IMG/VR virus record: IMGVR_UViG_2828164553_000001
Span: 32,001-96,000 of that record
Length of the DNA: 64,000 bases
Source: a virus
Taxonomy: Duplodnaviria > Caudoviricetes
Direction: 5' to 3' (one strand)
Part shown: in pieces, positions 1 through 8,183 of the stretch
Layout of the letters: each line of letters begins with the position of its first letter
Position numbering within the stretch: position 1 is the stretch's first letter
Made by a program: the position numbers and the translations under genes
Notes under the pieces: model-generated
Seen by the model: only the letters and a program-made list of their open reading frames with translations
Told to the model about the DNA's origin: nothing
Database searches by the model: none

Positions 1-207
1 ATCGAGATTGCGCGCGCCGCAGCGCGCTTGGGAGAGCCTGGCCCCTTGTCCACCGGAGAGGCGCTCACTGCCGCTCTGGTGCTGAATCGCCACGACTGGC
101 TGGCCGAGATGGACCACACCATTGCCGAGGCGCTGGACCGGATCGACTCCGACACCGTGCAGCATCTGCGGGATGCCGAGCGCGCATTGCGCCAGGAGGG
201 GCCATGA
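1..207 (+). CDS. Phage hypothetical protein (5'-truncated by window)
   Basis: Frame 1 is open (IEIARAAARLGEPGPLSTGEALTAALVLNRHDWL...) to TGA 205-207, overlapping the next ATG (ATGA). Confidence 0.7.
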   Translation: MEIARAAARLGEPGPLSTGEALTAALVLNRHDWLAEMDHTIAEALDRIDSDTVQHLRDAERALRQEGP

Positions 208-476
208 CGCAACGTCAGGTCAACCACGATAGTCCTTTGCCACCCTGCACGAACGGGCACTTGGCTCGCCATATGCTCGACGCCCGCCGCCCCGAGGCGG
301 GCGGGGGGCACTTTATCGAATGTGTGTGTGGGCGCACACAAAAGCACCCCAGCTTCGAGTTGGCCATGACCGAATGGCGGCGTGCTCATCGCATCCGCCC
401 CCCTCGCCAGCCACGTCCCTGCGCACAGAACGTCGTGCAGCTCGGCCTGCGCTTCACCGGCACGCGTCAACGATGA
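204..476 (+). CDS. Phage hypothetical protein, Cys/His-rich (possible Zn binding)
   Basis: GGAGG RBS, ATGA coupling, CxxGH and HFIECxC motifs. Confidence 0.7.
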   Translation: MTQRQVNHDSPLPPCTNGHLARHMLDARRPEAGGGHFIECVCGRTQKHPSFELAMTEWRRAHRIRPPRQPRPCAQNVVQLGLRFTGTRQR

Positions 477-682
477 TCGAGGGCGCAAACATGGAAGGGT
501 TTCGCAGGGCTTGCGAGGCGCGCCACTGGCTAAGGCAGGGCTACGTGGACGCGGTCAGGGTGCGAGAACTGAGGCTCCGCATAGCCGCCCAGCGCGGCTA
601 TGCGGCTGCTGACTTGCTCGTGGAGGAAATGCGCGAGCAATGGCGGCACAGGCGGCAGTGGATCAAGGGGAACGGCGCGTGA
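473..682 (+). CDS. Phage hypothetical protein
   Basis: ATGA overlap at 473; C-terminal part of ORF 320..682. Confidence 0.65.
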   Translation: MIEGANMEGFRRACEARHWLRQGYVDAVRVRELRLRIAAQRGYAAADLLVEEMREQWRHRRQWIKGNGA

Positions 683-900
683 GCAGTCCGGTCATCACGT
701 TCGAGGACCTGCGTCGCCTCTGCGCGCCGGCCGGTCCTGCCCCACGCGCATCGACGGTAGTGCGTTGGGCACGCGATCAAGGCATTCGCTACAGATACGA
801 CGGTCGCGGCGGCATTTGGACAACTGTGGACGCACTCAACGCTGCGCTTGGCCTGCATAGCGCTCAGGGAGATACGACAAATACCATGGAGCTGATCTGA
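679..900 (+). CDS. Putative excisionase / small DNA-binding protein
   Basis: GTGA overlap at 679. 73-aa protein (ITFEDLRRL...VVRWARDQGIRY) coupled to the integrase. Confidence 0.55.
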   Translation: MSSPVITFEDLRRLCAPAGPAPRASTVVRWARDQGIRYRYDGRGGIWTTVDALNAALGLHSAQGDTTNTMELI

Positions 901-2087
901 TGGGACGCGGTAGAAAACGGAAGTTCAACCCAGATATTCCGGCGCATATTGACCAGGCAGCACTCCCGAAGGGCATTTATTGGGAAGACAATCGCTGGTA
1001 TCTCTTAGAAGCTCATCCGGAGGGGGGCCGTCCGCGAAAGCGGACGGTCGCCCACGCTGATATCCGGCTTTCTGAACTCCACAGCATTGCTGAAGCCGCC
1101 GCGGGCAATGAGGTCCGAGGCACATTGGCTTACCTCGCGGAACGCTTCGAGGCGTCCACGGAATTTGCAGAGCTGTCCAGGGACACGCAACGGGATTACC
1201 GATGGTGCGCGGAGATAGCGACTGCATATGTGCTCAAGGATGGTTCGCTGCTCGGCAAGATGCAGATTGCGCGCATCAATGTGCCGGCGATGCAGCGCCT
1301 GGTCGAGACCCTAGCGGGAGGTCGGCCAGCAACCAAACTGCAGCCGGCAATCGAGCCGCGCCCGAGCAAAGCCAACCATGTGTTGCGGTACCTGCGCCGC
1401 ACTTTCGGGTGGGGCATTCGTATGGGCCTATGCGAGCACAACCCTGCCAAGGGTGTCCGCCAAGCGAAGGAGCGCGGCGAGCACAACATGCCCGAATCCG
1501 ATGTATTCGCCAGCGTGCTGACCTTCGCGCGCGAACGCGGCAGCCTCAAGGCCCACACACGTGGCAGCGTACCGCCCTACCTCCACGCGGTGATGTTGCT
1601 CGCCTACAACGTGCGCCTGCGCGGTATTGAGGTCACAGATCTAACTGATGCGCACGCGGAGGCTGAGGGCATACGGAGCAGTCGGCGCAAAGGCTCACGT
1701 GACACGGTTACTGCCTGGAACGATGACCTGCGCCACGCCTGGGCCTGGTTGGCGGCCTATCGGCAACGAACCATGAACGCCCATGGGCGCCCTGTGCACA
1801 TGAAACCGGGGCAGCGCCGGCTTCTGGTGAATCAGTCGGGCACCCCCTTAAGCAAGTCAGCGCTCGACAGTGCTTGGCAACGAATGATCTCGCTCGCCAT
1901 CAGGGATAGGGTCATCACAGCTGAACAGCGATTCAGCTTGCATGGACTGAAGCATCGTGGCATCACCGATACCGCAGGCACCCGCGCAGACAAGCAGGAG
2001 GCGGCCGGACACGCGACGCAACAAATGACCAACAGATACGCCCACGATGTGCCGCTCGTCCAACCCCCTCACCGCAAACCTAACTGA
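900..2087 (+). CDS. int: Tyrosine recombinase / phage integrase (prophage 1)
   Basis: Catalytic-type motifs VRLRGIE, RKGS, HGLKH, AGH and NRY; lies next to a tRNA 3' end. Confidence 0.9.
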   Translation: MGRGRKRKFNPDIPAHIDQAALPKGIYWEDNRWYLLEAHPEGGRPRKRTVAHADIRLSELHSIAEAAAGNEVRGTLAYLAERFEASTEFAELSRDTQRDYRWCAEIATAYVLKDGSLLGKMQIARINVPAMQRLVETLAGGRPATKLQPAIEPRPSKANHVLRYLRRTFGWGIRMGLCEHNPAKGVRQAKERGEHNMPESDVFASVLTFARERGSLKAHTRGSVPPYLHAVMLLAYNVRLRGIEVTDLTDAHAEAEGIRSSRRKGSRDTVTAWNDDLRHAWAWLAAYRQRTMNAHGRPVHMKPGQRRLLVNQSGTPLSKSALDSAWQRMISLAIRDRVITAEQRFSLHGLKHRGITDTAGTRADKQEAAGHATQQMTNRYAHDVPLVQPPHRKPN

Positions 2088-2090
2088 CCA

Positions 2091-2480
2091 TCATTTAGTG
2101 CGATAAAGGCTGTCGAGGGGTAAGGCATCAAGCCCCTCTTCACCACACATCGACTTGTAAATCGCGTAGCACTGAGCAATTTTGCTCTTCACGAGTGGGG
2201 AGTCACGTTGGTCCAGTAGAGCGACAGCGTGGCCATCCTCATCCTGAACGCCTGTGCCGGACCGCCCAATGTCATCCCAGTCTTGCTGGTTCTCGACTTC
2301 TAATTCGGTGGCTCTTGTTCGGGTACTGCCGTTGAGAGCAACGGAGCAAGCAGCTGAAAAAAGCTTCTGATGCTCTACGAGCTCCTTGTACCCCTCTTCC
2401 TGCTCACCTATGCGAAAGTCACTCGTCATAACAACTGCCTCCCGTGTAGTGACGTAATTTCCCGGCAATTTTCCCGCCAC
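2091..2480 (-). CDS. Hypothetical protein between integrase and att
   Basis: 129-aa ORF convergent with the integrase; start uncertain. Confidence 0.45.
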   Translation of the reverse strand: MAGKLPGNYVTTREAVVMTSDFRIGEQEEGYKELVEHQKLFSAACSVALNGSTRTRATELEVENQQDWDDIGRSGTGVQDEDGHAVALLDQRDSPLVKSKIAQCYAIYKSMCGEEGLDALPLDSLYRTK

Positions 2481-2517
2481 AAAGAAAAACAGCCACTTCG
2501 CTTGCGCTAAGTGGCTG
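2481..2517 (-). terminator. Rho-independent terminator downstream of tRNA-Lys
   Basis: Minus strand reads CAGCCACTT-loop-AAGTGGCTG followed by TTTTTCTTT. Confidence 0.7.
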
Positions 2518-2524
2518 CTTTAAT

Positions 2525-2600
2525 TGGTGGGCCGTCAAGGATTCGAACCTTGGACCTATTGATTAAGAGTCAACTGCTCTACCAACTGAGCTAACGGCCC
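2525..2600 (-). tRNA. tRNA-Lys(CTT)
   Basis: Reverse complement GGGCCGTTAGCTCAGTTGGTAGAGCAGTTGACTCTTAATCAATAGGTCCAAGGTTCGAATCCTTGACGGCCCACCA; 76 nt with CCA end. Confidence 0.97.
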
Positions 2601-2615
2601 TGAAACTGGTCGCAC

Positions 2616-2644
2616 ATTGTATGTGCATTTTTGCTTCGTTGCAA
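2616..2644 (-). promoter_or_regulatory. Sigma70-type promoter for tRNA-Lys
   Basis: Minus strand TTGCAA-17 nt-TACAAT, ending 15 nt before the tRNA 5' end. Confidence 0.7.
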
Positions 2645-2688
2645 CACCCCGTGACACATCGGGTCAAACATTCCTGCAATTGCTCGTC

Positions 2689-2741
2689 ATCAGTGGGGTG
2701 GCTGAGGGGACTCGAACCCCCGACATCTGGAATCACAATCC
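2689..2741. repeat. att site (left) of T7-like prophage: displaced 3' half of tRNA-His
   Basis: 53-bp exact direct repeat of 46354..46406. Confidence 0.95.
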
Positions 2742-2833
2742 CGCCCTAGCCCGTAAGCATACAACGTTTTCTCGGATTTGTGACGCCGCGGGTGACGTAA
2801 AGATGACATCCGTGGCGTCACAGGTGACGCGCC

Positions 2834-2851
2834 AATTAGTCGGGGCTATAG
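2834..2851 (+). promoter_or_regulatory. Putative phage-RNAP promoter upstream of the RNAP gene
   Basis: AATTAGTCGGGGCTATA|G has T7-like geometry (17 nt, then +1 G) and matches 15833..15850 at 16 of 18 positions. Confidence 0.7.
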
Positions 2852-2907
2852 ACCAAACGAACTCTAAGTGGGGAGGAAGCACTCCTCCCCTCTACGCCAA
2901 GACAGTT

Positions 2908-2923
2908 ATCCCACATATGGGAT
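2908..2923. promoter_or_regulatory. Palindromic operator inside a possible sigma70 promoter (AAGACA-18-TATGAT)
   Basis: ATCCCACATATGGGAT; the motif recurs several times in this prophage. Confidence 0.7.
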
Positions 2924-3033
2924 ATGATCCGACCTCACTATAGAGGAGCCACTTATAGCTCTCTTCCAGTCCTACCGGAGATGCGCTTCAAGTGACATTT
3001 CCGGCCGTGCCGGTTTCAACTGTTCAGCCAATA

Positions 3034-3060
3034 CCTCCGCCTTCGGGCGGGGGCGTTTTT
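3034..3060 (+). terminator. Intrinsic terminator/attenuator just before the RNAP gene
   Basis: CCTCCGCC-TTCG-GGCGGGGG followed by a T-tract. Confidence 0.65.
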
Positions 3061-3101
3061 CGTTTGCCCATTCAATCTCAACTTCGGGACGCATTCCTAA
3101 T

Positions 3102-5522
3102 ATGCAATCTACCGCCCAGACGCTCCATGACCGCCAGCTCCAGCTGGAGTCCGAATCAACCTCCCTCGGCATTGCCCGCTACGAGAAGGCCCGCGCCAAT
3201 TCCGACGAGGCTGACACCGGCCCCGGCAAGAAGCTGGTCATGCAGGCGGTCGCGGCCACCGGCCAAGCCATCCGTGAGTTTGTCGAGAAGGCCAAACAGG
3301 GCGGCGGTGGCCGGAGACACACGGCGGTGAAGTGGCTGGAGCATCTCGACCCCGAGGGCTGCGCCTACCTAACTGCAGTGGTATGCGTGAACGCCCTGGC
3401 TGGTGAGCAGGCCAAGTTGACCGCCGTTGCGCGCTCTGTCGGCTCTGCCATCGCACAGGACGTGAACTACAAGAAGCTGCGGGACAACCACGCAGGCCTC
3501 TATCGAGTAATCCAGCAGCAGCTCAAGAAATCCACCTCCGCGCATCACTCGACCGGAGTGATGAACCACGCCCTCGCCAAGACCGAAACCGAAATGTTCG
3601 TGTTCACGCCGGACGAAGAGGCTCTGGTCGGCATGAAGCTGATCGACCTCTTCATCGAGGCGTCTGGACTGGCCGAAATCATCCTGACCAGACCCCGCCA
3701 GAACCAAACCGTCGCGATCCTGCAGGGCACCGCAGCGATCCGCGAGTGGCTCGCCAAGGCACACGAGAGCGCCTCGATGTTCCTGCCCGTGTGGATGCCC
3801 ATGCTGGTCCCACCCAAGGACTGGACGACACCCCGCGACGGCGGCTACCTCACCGACATCGGCGGGAGAGCGGACCTCGTGCGTACGCGCAACCGCGCCT
3901 ACAAGCGGGAGCTGGAGCAGGCCGACATGCCCAACGTCTACCGGGCGGTCAACCTCATCCAATCCACCCCCTGGAAAATCAACAAACCAATCCTGGAGGT
4001 GATGCAGGACGCATGGGCCGTGGGCGGCGGCTTTGCTGACCTTCCCGACCGCGACCTCTTGGAACTTCCAGAGCAGCCCGCCTTGCTGGTCAGCGATCCC
4101 GAGTTCTACAAGGAGCACCATGCCGATGAATTCAAGGCATGGAAGCGCAGCCGCGCCGAGGTCTACGAGGAGAACGCCCGCGGCACCTCCCGCCGCCTTT
4201 CGGCTGCACAGAAGATCGCTCTGGCCGAAAAGTTCAAAGACGAGGCGGCAATCTATTTCCCGCACAACCTGGACTTCCGCGGGCGTGTGTACCCTATTCC
4301 CTCAATCCTTACCCCACAGGGCGACGACCAAGCCAAGGCTCTGCTGACCCTGGCTGAAGGCGTGCCGCTGGGAGAGGATGGCGCGTTCTGGTTGGCAGTC
4401 CATGTCGCCAACTGCTTTGGCGTCGATAAGGTCGCCTTCGCAGAGCGCGTGTCCTGGGTGAGAGCAAATGAGGAGATGATCCTCGACTCCGCGCTTAACC
4501 CGCTCGACGGCCAGCGGGCCTGGTCCAATGCCGATTCGCCCTTTTGCGCCCTCGCCGCTTGCTTCGAGTGGCTGGGCTACTCAATCAACGGTAACGAGCA
4601 CATGTCACACCTGCCGGTCGCCCTGGACGGCTCTTGCAACGGCCTGCAGAACTTCTCGGCGATGCTCCGAGATTCCGTCGGCGGCGCAGCGACCAATCTT
4701 TTGCCGCAGGACAAGCCGGCCGACATCTACACAGCCGTGATGGACGTGGCCGCCGTGCGTGTAAGGGCAGAAGCAGAGGCAGGCAACGCTTGCGCTTTGT
4801 TCTGGGATGGCGCATTGACCCGCGGCATCGTCAAACAGCCGGTGATGACACTTCCTTACGGCGTCACCAAGTCCGGCATGCGCGGCCAAGTGCAGGCCAA
4901 CGCCAAAAAGGAGGGACTCTCGCCCTCCAACGAGCAGGCCGCTTACCTCGGCGACATTCTCTGGGACTGCATCGGCGAAGTCGTGGTGGCCGCGCGCCAA
5001 GCGATGGACTGGCTGAAGGAAGCATCGAAGGTCGCATCGGCGTCCGACCTCCCAATCGCGTGGACGACGCCGGCAGGCTTTCCTGTACTGCAGGAGTATC
5101 GGGAGGACCTCGGCAAGCGCGTCACGACGCACATCGGGGGAAAGCGCGTCGAATTAATCGTGGCTATGGACGGGAGCAAACTTGACCGCCGCCGCCAGGG
5201 TCTCGGCATCTCCCCCAACTTTGTTCACTCCTGTGATGCGAGCCACCTGATGCTGACCACCTGTCTCGCGTCAGACAACGGGATCACTAGCTTCGCGATG
5301 ATTCACGACTCCTACGGAATGCATGCCGGAAACACCGGAATCCTTGCCGCCTCGTTGCGTCACGCCTTTATTGAGCAGTACGAAAGCGACGTGCTGGGTA
5401 ACTTCAGAACCGAACTGGCCGAACAACTCCCGATAAAAAACGCTGCTGACCTTCCGAAGATTCCTCCCTTCGGTGACCTGGACCTCTCCGAAGTGTTGGA
5501 GAGCAGCTATTTCTTTGCCTAA
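3102..5522 (+). CDS. T7-like single-subunit DNA-directed RNA polymerase (gp1)
   Basis: Motifs LDFRGRVY, LDGSCNGLQ, RGIVKQPVMTLPYG, PNFVHSCDA, IHDSY and C-terminal YFFA. Confidence 0.98.
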   Translation: MQSTAQTLHDRQLQLESESTSLGIARYEKARANSDEADTGPGKKLVMQAVAATGQAIREFVEKAKQGGGGRRHTAVKWLEHLDPEGCAYLTAVVCVNALAGEQAKLTAVARSVGSAIAQDVNYKKLRDNHAGLYRVIQQQLKKSTSAHHSTGVMNHALAKTETEMFVFTPDEEALVGMKLIDLFIEASGLAEIILTRPRQNQTVAILQGTAAIREWLAKAHESASMFLPVWMPMLVPPKDWTTPRDGGYLTDIGGRADLVRTRNRAYKRELEQADMPNVYRAVNLIQSTPWKINKPILEVMQDAWAVGGGFADLPDRDLLELPEQPALLVSDPEFYKEHHADEFKAWKRSRAEVYEENARGTSRRLSAAQKIALAEKFKDEAAIYFPHNLDFRGRVYPIPSILTPQGDDQAKALLTLAEGVPLGEDGAFWLAVHVANCFGVDKVAFAERVSWVRANEEMILDSALNPLDGQRAWSNADSPFCALAACFEWLGYSINGNEHMSHLPVALDGSCNGLQNFSAMLRDSVGGAATNLLPQDKPADIYTAVMDVAAVRVRAEAEAGNACALFWDGALTRGIVKQPVMTLPYGVTKSGMRGQVQANAKKEGLSPSNEQAAYLGDILWDCIGEVVVAARQAMDWLKEASKVASASDLPIAWTTPAGFPVLQEYREDLGKRVTTHIGGKRVELIVAMDGSKLDRRRQGLGISPNFVHSCDASHLMLTTCLASDNGITSFAMIHDSYGMHAGNTGILAASLRHAFIEQYESDVLGNFRTELAEQLPIKNAADLPKIPPFGDLDLSEVLESSYFFA

Positions 5523-5525
5523 TAC

Positions 5526-5541
5526 ATCCCACATTTGGGAT
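5526..5541. promoter_or_regulatory. Palindromic operator immediately after the RNAP stop codon
   Basis: ATCCCACATTTGGGAT. Confidence 0.7.
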
Positions 5542-5564
5542 TAATCCCGAGAAAGGAACAAATC

Positions 5565-5699
5565 ATGAGCATCAATTTCAACGCAAGTCTCGGCACCTAC
5601 GTCGCACTGGATGCCTACGGCCAGGTCCTCGCGATCTACAGCCCGTCCGCTCACGGAACGGTCGAGGAGTTCCGCAACGAGATGGGCCGGGCTGAGTGA
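5565..5699 (+). CDS. Small hypothetical protein (44 aa)
   Basis: AAGGA RBS; MSINFNASLGTYVALDAYGQVLAIY...; GTGA overlap with the next gene. Confidence 0.6.
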   Translation: MSINFNASLGTYVALDAYGQVLAIYSPSAHGTVEEFRNEMGRAE

Positions 5700-5986
5700 T
5701 CGAGCCTCGCCTCCGCTCGCACGTATTGCACTCCCGAAGCGCGCATGCAGCCTCCCGCGGCGCCTTCGCAGCACTCAGCGGCGTGCAAATGGTCGAGCAC
5801 CCCGCGGACCAGCTCATTGGGCTGGCCTGCGCTTTTCGATTCACCGCTGAGGAGTGCGGGTATGACCCGCTTTCACTCCTGGCACTCACCGAACGCATGG
5901 AAGCGGACTGCCGCTTCCGTGAACTCAACACCCTGTCGGCCGTCCGCAAGTACGCCCAGGAAGAACTGGCGAAGAAGCTCCCATGA
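5696..5986 (+). CDS. Phage hypothetical protein
   Basis: Translationally coupled at both ends. Confidence 0.65.
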   Translation: MIEPRLRSHVLHSRSAHAASRGAFAALSGVQMVEHPADQLIGLACAFRFTAEECGYDPLSLLALTERMEADCRFRELNTLSAVRKYAQEELAKKLP

Positions 5987-6132
5987 CACGCGAAATCGAA
6001 CGGCTGCTGGAACAGGCCGCCTTGGAAAACGAACTGTATGGAGCGGTTTTCGCCTCCACCGATGCCCGCCTTATCGAAGCCGGCTACCTCCCCGAAGAAT
6101 CAGAATTCCATGACCCAGAAGAAAGCGAATAA
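5983..6132 (+). CDS. Small acidic hypothetical protein (49 aa)
   Basis: ATGA overlap; MTREIERLLEQAALENELYGAVFASTDARLIEAGY... Confidence 0.55.
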   Translation: MTREIERLLEQAALENELYGAVFASTDARLIEAGYLPEESEFHDPEESE

Positions 6133-6787
6133 GCGATACGTGTCCCCGGCCGGTGCCGCCATCTGGCCGCGGCTGAATGCCCCCGACACCAAGTACAACG
6201 CGGACGGCGAGTTCTCCGCCAAGCTCGCGATGGAAGAGTCAGACGCCGACACCCAGGCGTTCATCAAGAAGCTGACCGCAATCCGCGACGAAGCCTTTGA
6301 GCAGTTCAAATCCGAGAACCCGAAACATAAGAAGGCCGCACTGGCGGACTTCTTCGCTTCGGAAACGGACGACGAGGGTGACGAAACTGGCAGGGTTACG
6401 TTCAACTTCAAGATGAAGCACAAGATCAAGGCGAAGAAGACCGGCAAGGTCTACACAATGGTTCCGACCATCGTGAACTCCAAGAAGGAAGTGCTGAAGA
6501 ATCCGCCGAACATTGGCGGCGGCAGCCTTCTCAAGGTGAGCTTCGAGGCCGTCCCCTACTTCGCGGCGGCGGACAAGAAGTTTGGCATTTCGCTGCGCAT
6601 GGTCGGCGTCCAGATCATCAAGCTGGTCGAGTTCGGCGGCGCCAGCCGTGCAGCCGACGACTTCGATGAGGAGGATGGCGACGACATCGCAGACGGCGCA
6701 GATCGTCCGAGCGATGACGACGACTCCGATGATTCGGAAGACGACAGCGACAGCGACGGAGATGATGGCGACGACGGCGACTACTAA
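6110..6787 (+). CDS. T7 gp2.5-like single-stranded DNA-binding protein
   Basis: WPRLNAPD, IGGGSLLKVSF, GISLRMVGVQIIKLVEF and a very acidic tail ending in an aromatic residue. Confidence 0.92.
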   Translation: MTQKKANKRYVSPAGAAIWPRLNAPDTKYNADGEFSAKLAMEESDADTQAFIKKLTAIRDEAFEQFKSENPKHKKAALADFFASETDDEGDETGRVTFNFKMKHKIKAKKTGKVYTMVPTIVNSKKEVLKNPPNIGGGSLLKVSFEAVPYFAAADKKFGISLRMVGVQIIKLVEFGGASRAADDFDEEDGDDIADGADRPSDDDDSDDSEDDSDSDGDDGDDGDY

Positions 6788-7268
6788 GCCCTCGTCCAAG
6801 GTCACGAAGGGGGCGGCGCTTGCCGCCTCTTTCATTTTTTCCATAGACCCCGTTCCGGCTTCTCGCCCCCGCGTTACGCGCTGGGGCACGTACCACCTGA
6901 AGACCTACAAGACCTGGCTTGAAGCGGCAGGCAAGTACCTCAAGGGCCTATCCCACGTCGCAGGACACGGCATCCGCCCGGATACGCCACTGATCGTTGT
7001 CGCCGAGTTCGTCTGCCGAAAGCCCAAGACGACCAAGCTGTTGACGCCGAAGGGCGACATCGACAACTACCTGAAAGCCCCGCTGGACGCGATTACACAC
7101 GCCGGCCTGTGGGGCGACGACAAGTGGATCACCACCGTCGTCGCAACCAAGCGATTCCAGGAACCCGGCGAAGAGCCGCACACCGCGTTGTCAGTGTACG
7201 AAGCTCCGCGCGAGAGCCTGTTCAATCAACTCACTCAGTTCATCCGGGGGATCTTCCGGTGCGACTGA
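6765..7268 (+). CDS. rusA: RusA-family Holliday junction resolvase
   Basis: PVPASRPR and DIDNYLKAPLDAI...WGDD motifs; GGAGA RBS. Confidence 0.85.
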   Translation: MATTATTKPSSKVTKGAALAASFIFSIDPVPASRPRVTRWGTYHLKTYKTWLEAAGKYLKGLSHVAGHGIRPDTPLIVVAEFVCRKPKTTKLLTPKGDIDNYLKAPLDAITHAGLWGDDKWITTVVATKRFQEPGEEPHTALSVYEAPRESLFNQLTQFIRGIFRCD

Positions 7269-7630
7269 AAAAGATGGCCAACCCTGACCAGCTGTTCGTA
7301 ACCGCCTCAATGACGCGGCCGGACCACTCTGTCACTGGCGCCGAACTGGCGCGCATCCACCGCTCGCAGGGCTTCTCCAAGATCGCAGTCCACTACGTCA
7401 TCGAGCGCGACGGAACCGTCTTCGACGGCCGCGGTTTGGACGAGCCGGGCTGCTTGGCCGCGCGCGCAAACGACCGATCGATCCAGGCGTGTCTGGTCGG
7501 CGGTGTCGATGACGCCCTGACACCAACCAACAACTTTTCCAAGCAACAGCGAATGGCGCTGCGGCGAGTCGTGCGTAAGCACGGTCTTCCCGTGGTGTTC
7601 GACCGCGTGTGCCCACTACAGGAAATCTAG
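7259..7630 (+). CDS. T7 lysozyme (gp3.5) homologue, catalytically degenerate
   Basis: HYVIERDGTV...GR and SIQACLVGGVDD...NFSKQQ align with T7 gp3.5, but the Zn-ligand His residues and catalytic Tyr are missing. Confidence 0.85.
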   Translation: MRLKKMANPDQLFVTASMTRPDHSVTGAELARIHRSQGFSKIAVHYVIERDGTVFDGRGLDEPGCLAARANDRSIQACLVGGVDDALTPTNNFSKQQRMALRRVVRKHGLPVVFDRVCPLQEI

Positions 7631-7632
7631 CA

Positions 7633-8013
7633 ATGAAACTGTCCCGTCAAGCCAACCTGATCGTCGATCACCTCTACAACAACCAGCACATCACCTCGTG
7701 GCAGGCTGAGGGCGTCTACCGCGTCCGCCGCCTGGCGTCGCGCATTACCGAACTGAATCGTGCCGGCTACGACATCCGCAAGGAGCGTTGCGAAGACGCG
7801 ACGGGGCAGTCCTACACGCGCTACTCCTTCACCCGAGCGCAAAAGCGTCGCAGCACGCCGGTGCACCCGCAGACCCCCGAGCAGCCGCGCTTTCTGCTGG
7901 ATCGCCTGATCGACCTTTACCGCACCTACTGCGCGAAGGAACTGGGCCTGGGTGGCGATGACCTGGACACCGAGACCGAAGACTTCCGCCGCTTCCTCCA
8001 GGAGGCCAAGTAA
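7633..8013 (+). CDS. Winged helix-turn-helix DNA-binding protein
   Basis: ITSWQAEGVYRVRRLASRITELNRAGYDI pattern. Confidence 0.7.
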   Translation: MKLSRQANLIVDHLYNNQHITSWQAEGVYRVRRLASRITELNRAGYDIRKERCEDATGQSYTRYSFTRAQKRRSTPVHPQTPEQPRFLLDRLIDLYRTYCAKELGLGGDDLDTETEDFRRFLQEAK

Positions 8014-8183
8014 TGGAAAAGGTTCAATCCGCAATGCGCCTCGCCTTCGCAAACGCCACCAAAAACGTGCTGAAGGAAGAACGCGAGCGTACCTACGCGA
8101 TGGTCCGTTCGGCTTCCAACCGCCAACTGGGCGTGACCCACCGCAAGACCATGTGGTCGGTCGAGCGTGTCAGCCGACGCTGA
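8013..8183 (+). CDS. Small hypothetical protein (56 aa)
   Basis: GGAGG RBS; TAATG overlap. Confidence 0.55.
   Translation: MEKVQSAMRLAFANATKNVLKEERERTYAMVRSASNRQLGVTHRKTMWSVERVSRR

Larger units (their letters stand above)
1..2524. mobile_element. Right end of prophage 1, integrated at tRNA-Lys (other end outside window)
   Basis: Coupled small phage ORFs, an excisionase-like ORF and a tyrosine integrase abut the 3' end of tRNA-Lys. The second att copy is not in the window. Confidence 0.7.

Noticed and set aside
2694-2741. Second tRNA-His (and tRNA-Arg at 46468-46512) as functional genes
   Set aside because: Both lack the 5' acceptor strand and D-arm; they are att remnants.
2617-2943. 108-aa ORF across the left att (likewise 46232..46441 and 46467..46949)
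   Set aside because: These run antisense through tRNA/att sequence and promoters and show no protein features.
2926-2944. CTCACTATAG, identical to the T7 promoter core
   Set aside because: Upstream bases match neither T7 nor the AATTAGTCGGG motif, and I found no second copy; the repeated motif at 2834/15833 is the better promoter candidate.
6650-6787. GAC/GAT-rich low-complexity repeat
   Set aside because: It simply encodes the acidic SSB tail.
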